From the NCBI RefSeq assembly GCF_044704955.1, contig NC_091995.1, positions 86,180,001 to 86,244,000 of the forward strand: a stretch of DNA of 64,000 nucleotides, read 5' to 3'. Under the pieces are notes generated by a model. It ran no database searches and was not told the DNA's origin. It was given only the letters and a program-made list of their open reading frames with translations. Shown one piece after another: positions 1 through 11,933 of the stretch; within the stretch, counting starts at the first letter, position 1, and every line of letters starts with the position of its first letter. The position numbers and the translations under genes are program-made. Source of the DNA: Pristiophorus japonicus. Lineage: Eukaryota.

Positions 1-709
1 AAGAATAAAATATTAATAACAATCTAGCCTCTCAGCCTCTAATTTTGCCCTCTTGAGCATCCCCTATTGCACTCTACCTTTCTCTCCTCCTTGAAGATGC
101 TCCTTAAAACCTATCTCTTTGACATAGCTTTTGGTCACCTGTCCTAATATCTCCTTATGTGGCTAGGTGTCAAATTTTCGCTCTTGTGAAGCACCTGGGG
201 ACGTTTTACTACATTAAAGGCACTATATAAATGCAAATAGTTGTTGTCGGAAAGTTTTAGGTTGAAATCCCATTCCAGAGGTAGGGCACAAAATCTAGCA
301 ATATGGTGGCGTTTGTAGTGAGGGAAGTCATCCAGCCAAGTACTCCGGGTATGAGGTTACGGACGTATGAAGCTAAAAAAAGGGCTGGAGACCCAGTGGA
401 ATCAGGACCCAACCTAAATTTCATTCCATAAATTTCACTCAAAACCATTTTCCCAGTGGGTCTCATTCAACTCCCAGCACTTCTCCCGCCATGTGGCGCT
501 GTCACTCACAAGTTAGCTGTCCCTGAACTAACTGGTGCCTGTATATTGCAAGCTCTATGTGTTCATTCTTCAGTCTGGTGTCCCTCTGTCCGTATGTCTG
601 ACAGACTTGAGAGAGAGAGATGCCTCTGTGTCTTACTGCCTCAGACTGCCACACAAAGGGAGAGAGAAGAAAAGCCATAGTGTGCCCTGACCCCTCCCTC
701 ACTATGGGT

Positions 710-3700
710 TGTCATGTATCCTACATGGCTACTCTCACAAGGTGTGCCATCAGAGGGCACAGCAGTGGGAGATTTGTAGATTACCTGTACAGTTGTGCCT
801 GGCCTAGTATAAAAGGCAGGCCACCAGGTGTGATCCTCTCTCTGGAGTTAACAAATAAAGGACTACGGTCACTACAGTTCAAGTACAACACATCGCCTCG
901 TGGAGTAATTATTAGAACATCCAAAGACACAACAATTGGCAACGAGATTACGAACGTTCATGCGAAAATGGCTACCCTTGGTACGTTGCAGCAGTTCGCC
1001 GATGGTGATGATTGGGACGCCTTTGTGGAGAGGCTCGACCATTTCTTCACAGCAAATGACCTGGCAGGAGACAACCCGGCCACACTGGCTGATAAGCGCA
1101 GAGCTATCTTGCTAACCAGTTGTGGGCCTTATCAGGGACTTGCTGGCACCAACGAAGACAACGACCAAGACGTACGAGGAGCTTGTAACTCTGATCCATG
1201 AGCAACTCAAGCCCAAGGAGAGCATCCTCACAGCCAGACACCGGTTCTACACCCACTGACGGCCCGAAGGCCAGGAAATCGCGAAATACACCGCAGACCT
1301 CAGGAGGCTGGCAGCACCGTGTGAGTTCGACAACCACCTCAACAAAGCGCTGCGGGACATTTTTGTCATTGGAATCGGCCATGAGGGCCTTCTTCATAAG
1401 CTACTGTCGGTGGATACCACAGTCACACTGCAGAAGGCCATCTCCGTGAGCCAGGCATTCATGACCTCGACCAGCAGATGACTCACCCTCAGGACTCAAA
1501 CCCGGCAGGTACTGTGCACGGAATGGCATCGTTTAGATGCTGGACTGTAGAACGTGAATCCTCTCAGGGGAAGAGAGAACAGACCTCCGAGTCCCGTCAC
1601 TCAGAGTCGGCCGAGGGGGGCTAATCGAGTAGCTCCATGCTGGCATTGTGGAGGGAATCACAGGGCTCACCAGTGCCGCTTTAAAGACTATGTGTGCAAG
1701 GGTTGCAGCACAAAGGGCCACCTCCAGCGAATGTGTAAGAGAAATATGACTCACTGTGTTGATGAAGAGTCTGCAGATGGCTATGAATCCAGCTCGGATT
1801 ATGAAACAATAGACAGAGGTAGCTCAGCCACACGATGAGGTATATAGCATGTTTACCTGCACCACCGAGTGTTCCCCGTTGAGGATGGAAGTCAAGGTAG
1901 ATGGCATTCCAGTCTTCATGGAAGTGGACACGGAGGAGAGCCAGTTACTAATGAATCAAAAAGCCTTTGAGAGGCTATGGGATAATCAAGCTGAATGACC
2001 CAAGTTGGTCCCGGTTCAGACAAAGCTGCGCACCTACACGGATGAACTTATCCCAGTTGTTGGTAGTGCGAATGTAAAGCTACTACATGATGGCGCGGTG
2101 CACAAGTTACCTCTGTGGATTGTTGCAGGTGATGGACCAACGCTACTTGGCAGAAGGTGGATGGAGAAGATCCATTGGAAGTGGGAGGCACAGCAAGCCC
2201 TCACTTGAGGGTGGACCCGGCACCAGGGAGCAGACCAGCTCAGCACCCGAGGCACAGACCGCTCAGCATGACTGCGCGGAGATGATCCAGCTGAGACGAC
2301 CAAAACGCACTTTCCAGGTCCAGTGGCAGGACTCCAGAGAAGAAAATCGGATCCAAAGGTGACTTCTCAGCTTTGGTGGTAGAGCCCGGGGAAAAGAAGA
2401 TCACCGCAATCGGCATCATGGATGGAGGAAAGATGGCGCCCAAACCACAAGGTGAGTCGCTGAAGAAAAAGATGACCACGGCCAGACCATGAGTTGCAGC
2501 GCTGAAGGAACAACACGTGGCACCAAACGGAGAAGAGGATTGGGGTAAAGAAAGCAAGGCCTGCAACCTACTACAATTAAAGGGACAGTTCCACACACTC
2601 AAGCAATGTAATAACAACTGTAAGTTAGAGACAAAATGTGTAACTGACGATCAGAGTTGTGTACATGCAATAAGCAAGGAAAATTCGCGCGATCATGAAA
2701 ATGTGTAATTGATGATCAGAATTGTGTACATTGGTGCCTGAGAGGTGGAGCGATCAGGGGTGGAGTATCGATACTGGTGCTGTTACCCTGCTGAGATCGC
2801 TTGCTCTGAAGCTCGTGTGTATTGGCTGCTTGTGGCCACACTCCATGGTGCATAATTCTGGTCCCCGGGATGCACTGGTCCCCGGGACACAGGCTACAGC
2901 ATTGGGTAGCTCGCTAGACCGGTGTGCTCCCGATTGGTGTCTGCCCGCTGCATTGGCTGTGAGGAAAAGTCGCGCGATCACGATCGGAGCTACAGAATAT
3001 CCACAATAAGGAATGAAAAGTTGTGCGATGTAGGATTTCAACTGCAAAGTCAATGCAGCGGGCGGACACCAATCGGGAGCACACAGATCCAGCGAGCTAC
3101 CCAATGCTGTAGCCTGCGTCCCGGGGATCAGTGCGTCCTGGGGACCAGAATTATGCACCATGGAGTGTGGCCACAAGCAGCCAATACACACGAGCTGCAG
3201 AGCAAGCGATCTTAGCAGGGTAACGGCACCGGTATCGAAACCCTGTCCCTGATCGGCTCCACCTCTCAGGCACCCAATGGCACCAACCGCCAAGAGCCTG
3301 AAAGAGCAAACTGTGCTAAGGCGCAGCCCCCAGATCCCATCTCCATCAAGGCCATACCCGGAAACGAAGGGCCACCCGCCATAGTTCCCCCAAAGGGGAC
3401 CGGGACCAGACAGGATACCAAACCAAACAACGCCCAGGCTATAAGTTAGCAGTTCCCTGTGCACTACTAGACAACAGCTCCTGAGGGAGCAGCAGTGACT
3501 CAGGGCGCAAAGAAAGGACAGGGAGGTCACAGGCATCTGTGAACCTGCCCGACGCTAGGAACCACAGCAACAGCCCCAAGAGCAGGCAACTTGAGCTAAC
3601 TGCGTTCCCACTGCCAGCACTGGGCACCGCGCTGCCACCAGACTGCAGGGACACCATCCAGCAATTCTGGAACTAGTTTGTCCTTACGCACCGGTCACTG

Positions 3701-4237
3701 CATCAATAATGTACATCACCAGTCGAACGTACTTGTCTCACAACAGAACTACAAATGTAATGCAAACTTGTTTTTCTGAACTTGAATGTACATGAATGCA
3801 ATGAGCCTCCGGCATAATCTATATGTGGGGGGTGGGGAGAATGGAGTGTTCAGGAACACACACAAACAGCAACCACCAGCACTCTACTGCACCAACCACT
3901 CACCCAAGATTGAAACGACCTTGCAAGGGTCAACCAGATAGAGCCCAAATAGAACTAAGCCCAGAGCACAATCAATGCAGAGGCGATTTGCATTAAAGGC
4001 TTAGGGGAGAGTGATGTCATGTATCATACATGGCTCCTATTGGTACTATCACAAGGTGTGCCACCAGAGGCACAGCAGTGGGAGACTTGTAGGTTACCTA
4101 TACAGGTGTGCCTGGCCTAGTATAAAAGGCAGGCCACCAGGTGTGATCCTCACTCTGGAGTTAACAAATAAAGGACGATGGTCAAGTACAACACATTGCC
4201 TCATGGAGTCATTATTAGAGTATGCAAGAACACAACA
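710..4237 (+). mobile_element. Ty3/Gypsy LTR retrotransposon 1, non-autonomous (frameshifted gag with CCHC knuckle, degenerate protease, no RT/IN)
   Basis: LTRs 710-934 and 4015-4237 (TG...CA); 5-bp TSD TGGGT; PBS-like TGGCAACGAG; PPT AGGGGAGAG; CWHCGGNHRAHQC. Confidence 0.9.
2729..3279. repeat. Imperfect inverted repeat (about 230-bp arms, about 90-bp spacer) inside Gypsy-1
   Basis: The same peptide DTGAVTLLRSLAL...CAPDWC appears in + ORF 2722..3009 and - ORF 2754..3536. Confidence 0.88.
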
Positions 4238-4539
4238 TGGGTGTTACTCATTGGTTTGCTGAAGCACCAGACGGAGTTACGATCTTAAATGAAAAAGTGA
4301 AGCTCTTAGGACCTGTGTATTGTCTGTTCAGCTCGGCCCCTTGTTGGGCACACAGAATGTAAATTGTTCCAGCATCAGAGTGCCAACAGCTATGGTATGG
4401 AAAGCAACTTCCCATTATCCGTAATTAACATTCTAAGGCCCCGAACTTGGCGAAAGCTAAGTTCCGCCCAAGTGCCGCCCAAGTGGCACTCCACCAAACA
4501 GCGCGAGAGTGAGAGCCCAAACACCGACTCACCTGAAGA

Positions 4540-6448
4540 CAAAAAGTAGAAAGAACCAAAATCAAAGTTTGATGTCACAGGAAAGAAAGGAAGTGATTTG
4601 TTGGTCGTTTTTCTCTCTTTTCTGGGGCATTGGTTTGAATTAAGAGCTGGGATTAAAAACAAAACATGAAAACTTAATTAACAAAATACATTAAAGATGT
4701 CAGGACAGGCGGTGTGTTTCTGCTGTTGCATGTGGGAGCTAGTTGACTCCATTGAAGTCCACGGCGACCACATCTGCAGCAAGTGTCTGCAGCTCGAGGA
4801 ACATCGGCTCCGCGTTGATGAGCTGGTGTCCGAGCTGCGGGCACCACGACATATAAGGGAGTGGGAGAGTTACCTGGATGCTGTGTTCCAGGAGGCAGTC
4901 ACATGCCTTAGATTAATTAATTCAAATTTGGTCCATGCTCAGGGACAGGAGGGTGTGACTACAAGCGAGGCAGGTAAGGGGACCCAGGATGTAGTGATGG
5001 AGGAACCTCAGCCCTTGCTCTTGTCCAACAGATTCGAGGCTCTTACTCCCTGTGTGGACGAGAGCAGGGACTGCTGGGAGGATGAGCAAACTGACCACAG
5101 CACTATGGTACAGGGGGCCATTCAAGTGGGGGGAGTAAAAAGAAACGTTGTAGTGGTAGGAGACAGTATTGTTAGATGGATAGATGCTGTTCTCTGCAGC
5201 TGAGAGCGTGAGTCCCGAAGGCTGTGTTGCTGACCCGGTGCCAGGGTTAAGGAAATCTCCTCTGGGCTGGATAGGAACTTGGAGTGGGAGGGAGAAGATC
5301 CAATTGCCATGGGTAACGTGGGTACCAATGACAGATAGGTTAAAGAAAGAGTTCTGCTGTGGGAGTATGAGCAGCTAGGGGCCAAATTAAAAAGCAGAAC
5401 CACAAAGGTAATAATCTCTAGATTACTACCTGAGCCATGAGCAAATTTGCATAGGGTAAATAAGATCAGAGAGTTAAACACGTGGCTCAAAGACTGGTGT
5501 GGAAAAAATGGGTTGTGGTTTTTGGGGTACTCGCACCAGTACTGAGGTAAGAGGGAGCTGTTCTGTTGGGATGGGCTCCACTTAGACCGTGCTGGGACTC
5601 GGGTCCTGACAAATCAAATAACTAGGGCTGTAGAGAGGGCTTTAAACTAATTCGTGGGGGGGGAGGATTCAGATGGGCGAAAGTGTAAAAAGTCAAAGAA
5701 TAAGAAGAAGGTAATGGAGTAGGGCAGCACTGGGGGAAATGAAACCAGAGCATGCCAGGAAGGGACAGAATATATAAACATAACGGCGAATCAGAAAGTG
5801 GGGGTCAAAGCAGGGGAAAATGGTAAAAAAACAAATTTAAAAGCTCTTTATCTGAATGCACGTCACATTCGTAACAAAATAGATGAATTAACGGCAGTAA
5901 TAGATACAAATGGGTATGATCTGTTGGTCATTACAGAGACGTGGTTGGAAGGTGATCTGGACTGGGATCTAAATATTCAGGGGTATTTGACAATTCGGAA
6001 GGACAGACAGAAAGGAAAAGGAGGTGGGGTAGCACTGTTAATAAAGGATGAGATCAGTGCATTAGCGAGAAATTATATTGGCTCAGAAGATCAAGATGTT
6101 GAATCGGTTTGGGTGGAGATAAGGAATAATGAGGGGGAAACGTCGTTCGTGAGTGTAGTCTATAGGCCCCCTAGCAGTAGCTACACCGTTGGACGGAGTA
6201 TAAATCAAGAAATAATGGAGGCTTGTAAAAAATGAATGGCAATAATCATGGACGATTTCAACCTTCATATTGATTGGACAAAGCAAATTGTCCAGGGTAG
6301 CCTTGATGAAGAGTTCATAGAGTGAATCTGGCAGAGTTTCCTTCAACAGTACGTTGCGGAACCAACCAGGAAGCAGGCTATCCTAGATCTGGTATTGTGT
6401 AATGAGGCAGGATTAATAAATGATCTTGTAGTAAAGGATCCTTTAGGA
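4540..6448 (+). mobile_element. CR1 LINE 5' portion: ORF1 (Cys-rich finger + SGNH esterase) and ORF2 endonuclease, 3' truncated
   Basis: CFCCCMW...HICSKC and VVVVGDSIVR; LYLNAR...ITETWL...GGGVAL APE motifs; in-frame stops. Confidence 0.88.
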
Positions 6449-7219
6449 CCTGCCCGCTTCCCTCCGCACAGGATGTCCAAAGATCAGGAGCGTGGGACTG
6501 AAGCACAACCAGAATTTGAGGAGCAGCCCCTTCAAATATTGGAACAGGGACTCGCAGATTCAACATAAATATGGAACACGTTCTCTTCCAGACCGCAGAA
6601 ATTACAGGCGGCCTGGGATTCCATGAACCAACTTAAAAAACGATTGCACAGGACTGCCCCTTGCAACACCCTTCAGGCCAAGTCCCCAATAGCAACAGCT
6701 CTACAAACCTGTGAGCATACTCAAGGTTATGCTCATTACACTATCTTTAAATAAAAGGTTTATCATTTAACAATACTTTTCATTGCCAGTTCTTGGTGAC
6801 TGTTGCTCATTGCAATACAATACCATTTAGTTAATGATTTTATTGGTACCATTACCTGCCACATCAGCAAGTCAAACTCCTGTGACTCCCTCAAGATAGA
6901 TGGTGTAATCCAGGACAGCAGGAAACTGACTCAGTCATTACCAGATAAGGGAAGTGTTTCATCTTATTGGCATCTACTTGCAAAATGTTGGCTCCCCTTG
7001 GGAACATGGGAATGTAGAGGAACATCCTTCTCATCCTTGTTTACAAATACCTCCATGGCCTTGCTCCTCCCTATCTCTGTAATCTCCTTCAGCCTCACAA
7101 CCCCCCGAGAAATCTGCGCTCCTCAAATTCTACCCACTTGAGCATCTCTGATTATAACTGCTCAACCATTGGTGGCCGTGCCTTCAGCTGCCTGGGCCCT
7201 ATGCTCTGGAACTCATTCC

Positions 7220-7517
7220 TGTAATGAATGCACATGTGAGTATGCTCACAGGTTTAGAGCTGGTGACAACAAAATAGTTGTAGAGCTGGTGAGTTGGGAG
7301 TGGCTTAGCCAGTCACGTAATGTTCACAAGACTCAATAAAACCCCAGCCAGTTGGGTTCAGGGGATCCACGATGAGGCGGGTGGTTGTGAGCCTGGTGGA
7401 TGAACTGATAATGTGTAGTGTGGTTGTTAAACCTCTGCTAATAAACCAACTAGTTCTTAATAGCAGTGTGTTGCTATGAATTCTTAAGCAAAGAACCCAT
7501 GAAGCAAATACATTACA
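7220..7517 (+). mobile_element. Short solo LTR family (TGTAATG...CATTACA), inserted in an L2-like fragment; duplicate at 42686-42983
   Basis: Inverted termini; near-TSD attcc/actcc. Confidence 0.75.
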
Positions 7518-8124
7518 ACTCCCTAAACCTCTCCGCATCTCTACTTCTCTTTCCTCTTTTAAGACGCACCTTAAAACGTACCTTTTTGACAAAGCTTTTG
7601 GTCATCTGCCGTAATTTCTTCTTCTGTGGCTCAGTGTCAAATTTATTTGTTTTGTCTTATAACACTCCTGTGAAGCGCCTTGGGATGTTTTGCTATGTTA
7701 AAGGTGCTATATAAATACAAGTTGTTGTTGTTGAGCAGAGAAGCAGTTGTGATGGATCTGATCACTCCCATCTTGTTAATTGGAAAGTGGCTTGGATCAA
7801 AAATGATTGACAAACCTGGGCGAAGGGTCACGCCCACAGTGTAGGACAGCAGCCAGCTTGGAGAGAGGAGGAGAGAAGCTCAAGGAGCAGCAGTTAGGTG
7901 ATACCAAGCTTGGCTTTTAAAAGTTTCTGGCCAACAAATTAATGGGCTCTGCGCCCGTTTTACAGGCGTAAAATGGGTGCCTAAGTGTCCACTATGGCAG
8001 ACAAATTCCACGCCATAATGCGCTGCCCACCATATTGGTAAAGGCTGATATATAGACATCCAGGATTAGCCCCTGAAATGGCCGTTAGGCCCTTGGTGTA
8101 TGCAAATAGGGGGCTTAATACCTG

Positions 8125-8557
8125 TTGATACCACCCTTGCCTGAGTCAGAAGGTTGTGGATTTAATTCCCACTCCAGAGACTTGCGCGCATAAAATCTAG
8201 GCTGACTCTCCCAGTTCACTGCTGAGGGAGCGCTGCACTGTCGAAGGTGCCGTCTTTCGGATAAGATATTAAACCGAGACCCCATCTGCTCTCTCATGTG
8301 GACCTAACAGATCCCATTGCACTATTTTGAGCAAGAGCAGCAGAGTTATCCTGGATGTCCTGCGTTAATATTTAACCCTCAATCAACATCACTAAAACAG
8401 ATTATCTGGTCATTATCACACTGCCGTTTGCAGGAGCTTGCTGTGTGCAAGTTGGCTGCTGTATTTCCTACAGTGACTACACTTCAAAAAAGTACTTCAT
8501 TAGCTGCAATGCAATGTCTGGTGGACGTGTAAGACACTATATAAATTCAAGTCTTTC
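8125..8557 (+). mobile_element. tRNA-head SINE (shark DeuSINE/SacSINE1-like); duplicate at about 43590-44025
   Basis: tgagtcagaaggttgtgg...cccactccagagacttg...gctgagggagcgctgcactgtc body with L2-type tail; family name from recall, not searched. Confidence 0.65.
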
Positions 8558-8900
8558 GTTGGGGAGGATATTCCAGAGCATGGGCCCAGAAAATACTTTA
8601 ATTTTTACACCAATGATGAACAAGCAAACAGGAACTAGGTGCATTATATAGGGGACTACTACAAAATGTACCACACCGCCTTTAACAAGTATTGTAGCAG
8701 ACTGAGGATACCAACCAGCTTGACAATGTAACGTCTATTTCCCCAATGTACTGTGACCAGAATGCCACCATTTTCACTCCCCAGTGTGTGCTGAGCTAGC
8801 TGAAGGCTTGAGCATTACAACTGGCTTCAACGTTTCTGGGCTAGAGAAGGAGGAAAACACAGCCAGGGTTTCCACGAATGGCCGTAGTCCAGTAACCCAT

Positions 8901-9168
8901 TGTAATGTATTTGCTTCATGGGTTCTTTGCTTAAGAATTCATAGCAACACATTGCTATTAATAACCAGTTGGCTTATTAACAAACGTTTAACAAGCACAG
9001 TTACCAGTTCATCCACTAGGCTCACAATTACATACCTCATCATGGATGACCGCGACCCAACTGACTGGGGTTTTATTGAGTCTTGTAAACATTCCATGAC
9101 TGGCTAAGCCACTCACAATGCAACAGCTCTACAAACCTGTGCGCATACTCACAGGTGCATACATTACA
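8901..9168 (-). mobile_element. Short solo LTR family member
   Basis: TGTAATG...CATTACA; TSD CCCAT. Confidence 0.8.
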
Positions 9169-11007
9169 CCCATAGTAGTCTCCAGATAACATGTCAGCCA
9201 TTTAAGACTGAGATGGAATTTCTTCACACAGGGAGTTGTGAATCTACCCCAGAGAGCTGTGCATGCTCAGTCGTTGAGTATAATCAAGGCTGAGGTTGAT
9301 ACATTTTGGGCACTAAGGGAATCAAGGGATCGTGCAGGAATGTGGAGTCAAGGTGGAAGATCAGCCATGATCCTATTGAATGGCGGAGCAGGCTTGAGGG
9401 GCCGTATGGCCTACTTCTGCTCCTAATTTTTATGTTCTAACCCCTATTGGAAGGTTTCACATGTGAACGTGAAAGACAGACATGATTCGGCTCTGGAACG
9501 TAGGAACAGGAGTAGGCCATTCAGCCCCTCATGCCTGTTCAGGAGTAATAACTCTCAGCAGTTGATTAACCTGCCCACACACAGATGTATGGACACTTGA
9601 ATGAGCTACTGTTGAGATATTGATGTTAATGGACCCATTTCCCAGTGTGAGTCAACGCCTTCAGGAGGGATGGGGGAGAAATGTTTTCTTCCCCCCAAAA
9701 TCCTAACAGCAAGAATGAAATTAATTTTACATTAATGCCACCTACCTGGGACTACCGTGTGCACTGACTCTCGGCTGATCTATACCTCAACTCCATTTAC
9801 CTACCATAGCTCCATAATCCTTGATGCCCTTACCTAACAAAAGTGCAGCGATCTCAGTCTTGAAAGCTCCAATTGTCCCAGGCCGCCGCAAAACTGGACC
9901 CAGGGATGCCTGCAGGGCTCTGGAGGCTGATCACTCGCCCAAAACACCTCACCGCCGACATTGTCGCCGCTCGGAGCAAAAAAAGGAGCGCAGAATACCC
10001 GAAAATCCAGCCCCTTTGTGTGATTTCACTTCTGAATCACCTGGCACTCATTTTAAGATTATGTCTCCTTGCTCTTGATTCCCCCACCAGAAGAATTTGT
10101 TTCTCCATATCTACCCGATTGAATTATAGAATCATAGAACAGTACAGCACAGAAAGAGGCCGTTCGGCTCATCGAGTCTGCACCGGCCCTTTCGAAGAGC
10201 AATCCAGTCAGTCCCACTCCCGCTCTTTCCCATATCTCTGCAATTTTTTCTCCTTTGAGTATTTATTCAATTCCCTTATGAAGGCTACTGTTCAATCTGT
10301 TTCCACCGCCCTCTCAGGCCGTGCATTCCAAATCCTAACCACTCGCTGCGTAAAGAGGTTTTTCTTCTCTGGTTTCGCCTCTGGTTCTTTTGCCAATCAC
10401 CTTAAATCTGTGTCCACTGGTTATTGACCCTTCAGCCATTGGGAACAGTTTCTCTTTATTTACTCTTATCTAAACCCATTTTAAACAGTCAAATCTTCTC
10501 TTAGCCTTCTCTGATCCAAAGAGAACAACCCCAGCGTCTCCAGTCTATCCGTGTAACTGTAATCCCCATCTCTGGAACCCTTCTCGTACATCTCTACTGT
10601 ACCCTCTTCAAAGCCTTCACGCTCTTCCTGAGGAGTGGTGCCCAGAATTGGACACAATACTCCAGCTGGAACCGAATCCCTTTAACATTTTAAACACCTC
10701 GATCAAATTGCCCTTCAACCCTCGATGCCTTTGCCTAAATCAATCCTCCCCACACTGCACTTTCATTCCTATAAAATATTACGGCATAGATTTTATGAAG
10801 TGTTGTGCCTGGCATAATTATCCTGAGTGTGCCATAAAATCTACTCCCATATTTTTCAGACAAGCGGGAGATTAACTTTTTGTCCTTCAATGCAGTTTTG
10901 TTTTGCAAGCAAAAGAAAATGTCAAACTTGCTGCACCTCTGTTTTAACTTGTCCTTAACTTTTCAACCTTGGCAGTGCCCTGTAAAAGTGCCTTGGCCTT
11001 TCACCTT

Positions 11008-11735
11008 AGAATCATCGTCGAATTATTAAAATATTCCAACACAAAAGGAGGCCATTCAGCTCATTGTGTCAGTGCTGATCGAAAATGAGCTATCTAGCCT
11101 AATCCCACCTTTCAGCACTAGGTCGATAACCATGTAGGTCACGGCTCTTTAAGTGCATATCTTTAAGTACTTTTTAGCTGCAATGAAGGTTTCTACCTAG
11201 ACCACTCTTTCAGGCAGTGAGTTCCAGACTCCCAACCCCTCTGGGCGACATTTTTTTCCTCGTCTCCCTCTAATTCTTCTACCACTTACTTTAAATCTAT
11301 GCCACCTGGTTATTGACCCCTCTGTGAATGGAAATACATTCTTCCTAACCACTCTATCTAGGTCCATCATAATATTATACACCACAATTAGGTCTCCCCT
11401 CAGCCTCTTTTGTTCCAAAGAAAACAACCCCAGCCTATCCGATCTTTCCTCGTTGCTAAAATTCTCCAGTCCAGGGAACATCCTCCTACCGTGTCAGTGC
11501 AATCGCATCTTTCCTGTAATGTGGTGACCAGAACTCTATGCAGTACTCAAGCTGTGACCTAACTAATGCTGTGTACAGTTCAAGCATAACTTCCCTGCTG
11601 TTGTATTCCATGCCTCGGCTAATAAAGGAAAGCATTCCGAATGCCTTGTTAGCTACCTTATCGACCTGCCCTGCTACCTTTAAGGATCTGTGGACATACA
11701 CTCCGCGGTCCCTCTGTTACTCCACACCTCTCATA
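11008..11735 (-). mobile_element. CR1 3' fragment next to exon 1 in intron 1 of copy A
   Basis: ORFs 11197..11481 and 11486..11701 (LEYCIEFWSP, RRLRGDL-type); same insertion point as 32110-33765 and 62185-63850. Confidence 0.85.
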
Positions 11736-11788
11736 ATTACAAAGACAAAATGCCATCCTCCCCGAAATTTGCACTGTATTCTACTCAC

Positions 11789-11794
11789 TGCCAT
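11789..11794 (-). CDS. Galectin copy A exon 1 (ATG GCA); exons 2-4 expected left of position 1
   Basis: ggaaag ATG GCA|gtgagt in a block homologous to 33780-33960. Window positions 1-560 match intron-1 sequence 29761-30310, which lies about 1.3 kb from exon 2 in copy B. Confidence 0.7.
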
Positions 11795-11933
11795 CTTTCC
11801 GACTCTTTTGGGGACTCGAGTAGGTGAGAAGTGCAGGGGAACTCCAGGGAAGAGATGGAACGTAACAAAGGGGAGAGCATATATACCAGCTGAAGGAAGT
11901 TATTGTTGTTAATCATTGATCAGGATTTGTAAC
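11795..11933 (-). promoter_or_regulatory. Putative core promoter/5'UTR of galectin copy A with TATA box (TATATAT, 11879-11885)
   Basis: TATA-like box about 85 nt upstream of the ATG; homologous blocks at 33828-33967 and 63912-64000. Confidence 0.5.

Noticed and set aside
2754-3536. 260-aa minus-strand ORF as a novel gene
   Set aside because: Lies within Gypsy-1 internal sequence, has no recognisable domain and is broken up in the duplicate (38529-39010)
8125-8200. tRNA gene
   Set aside because: Degenerate tRNA-derived SINE head; no intact cloverleaf evident
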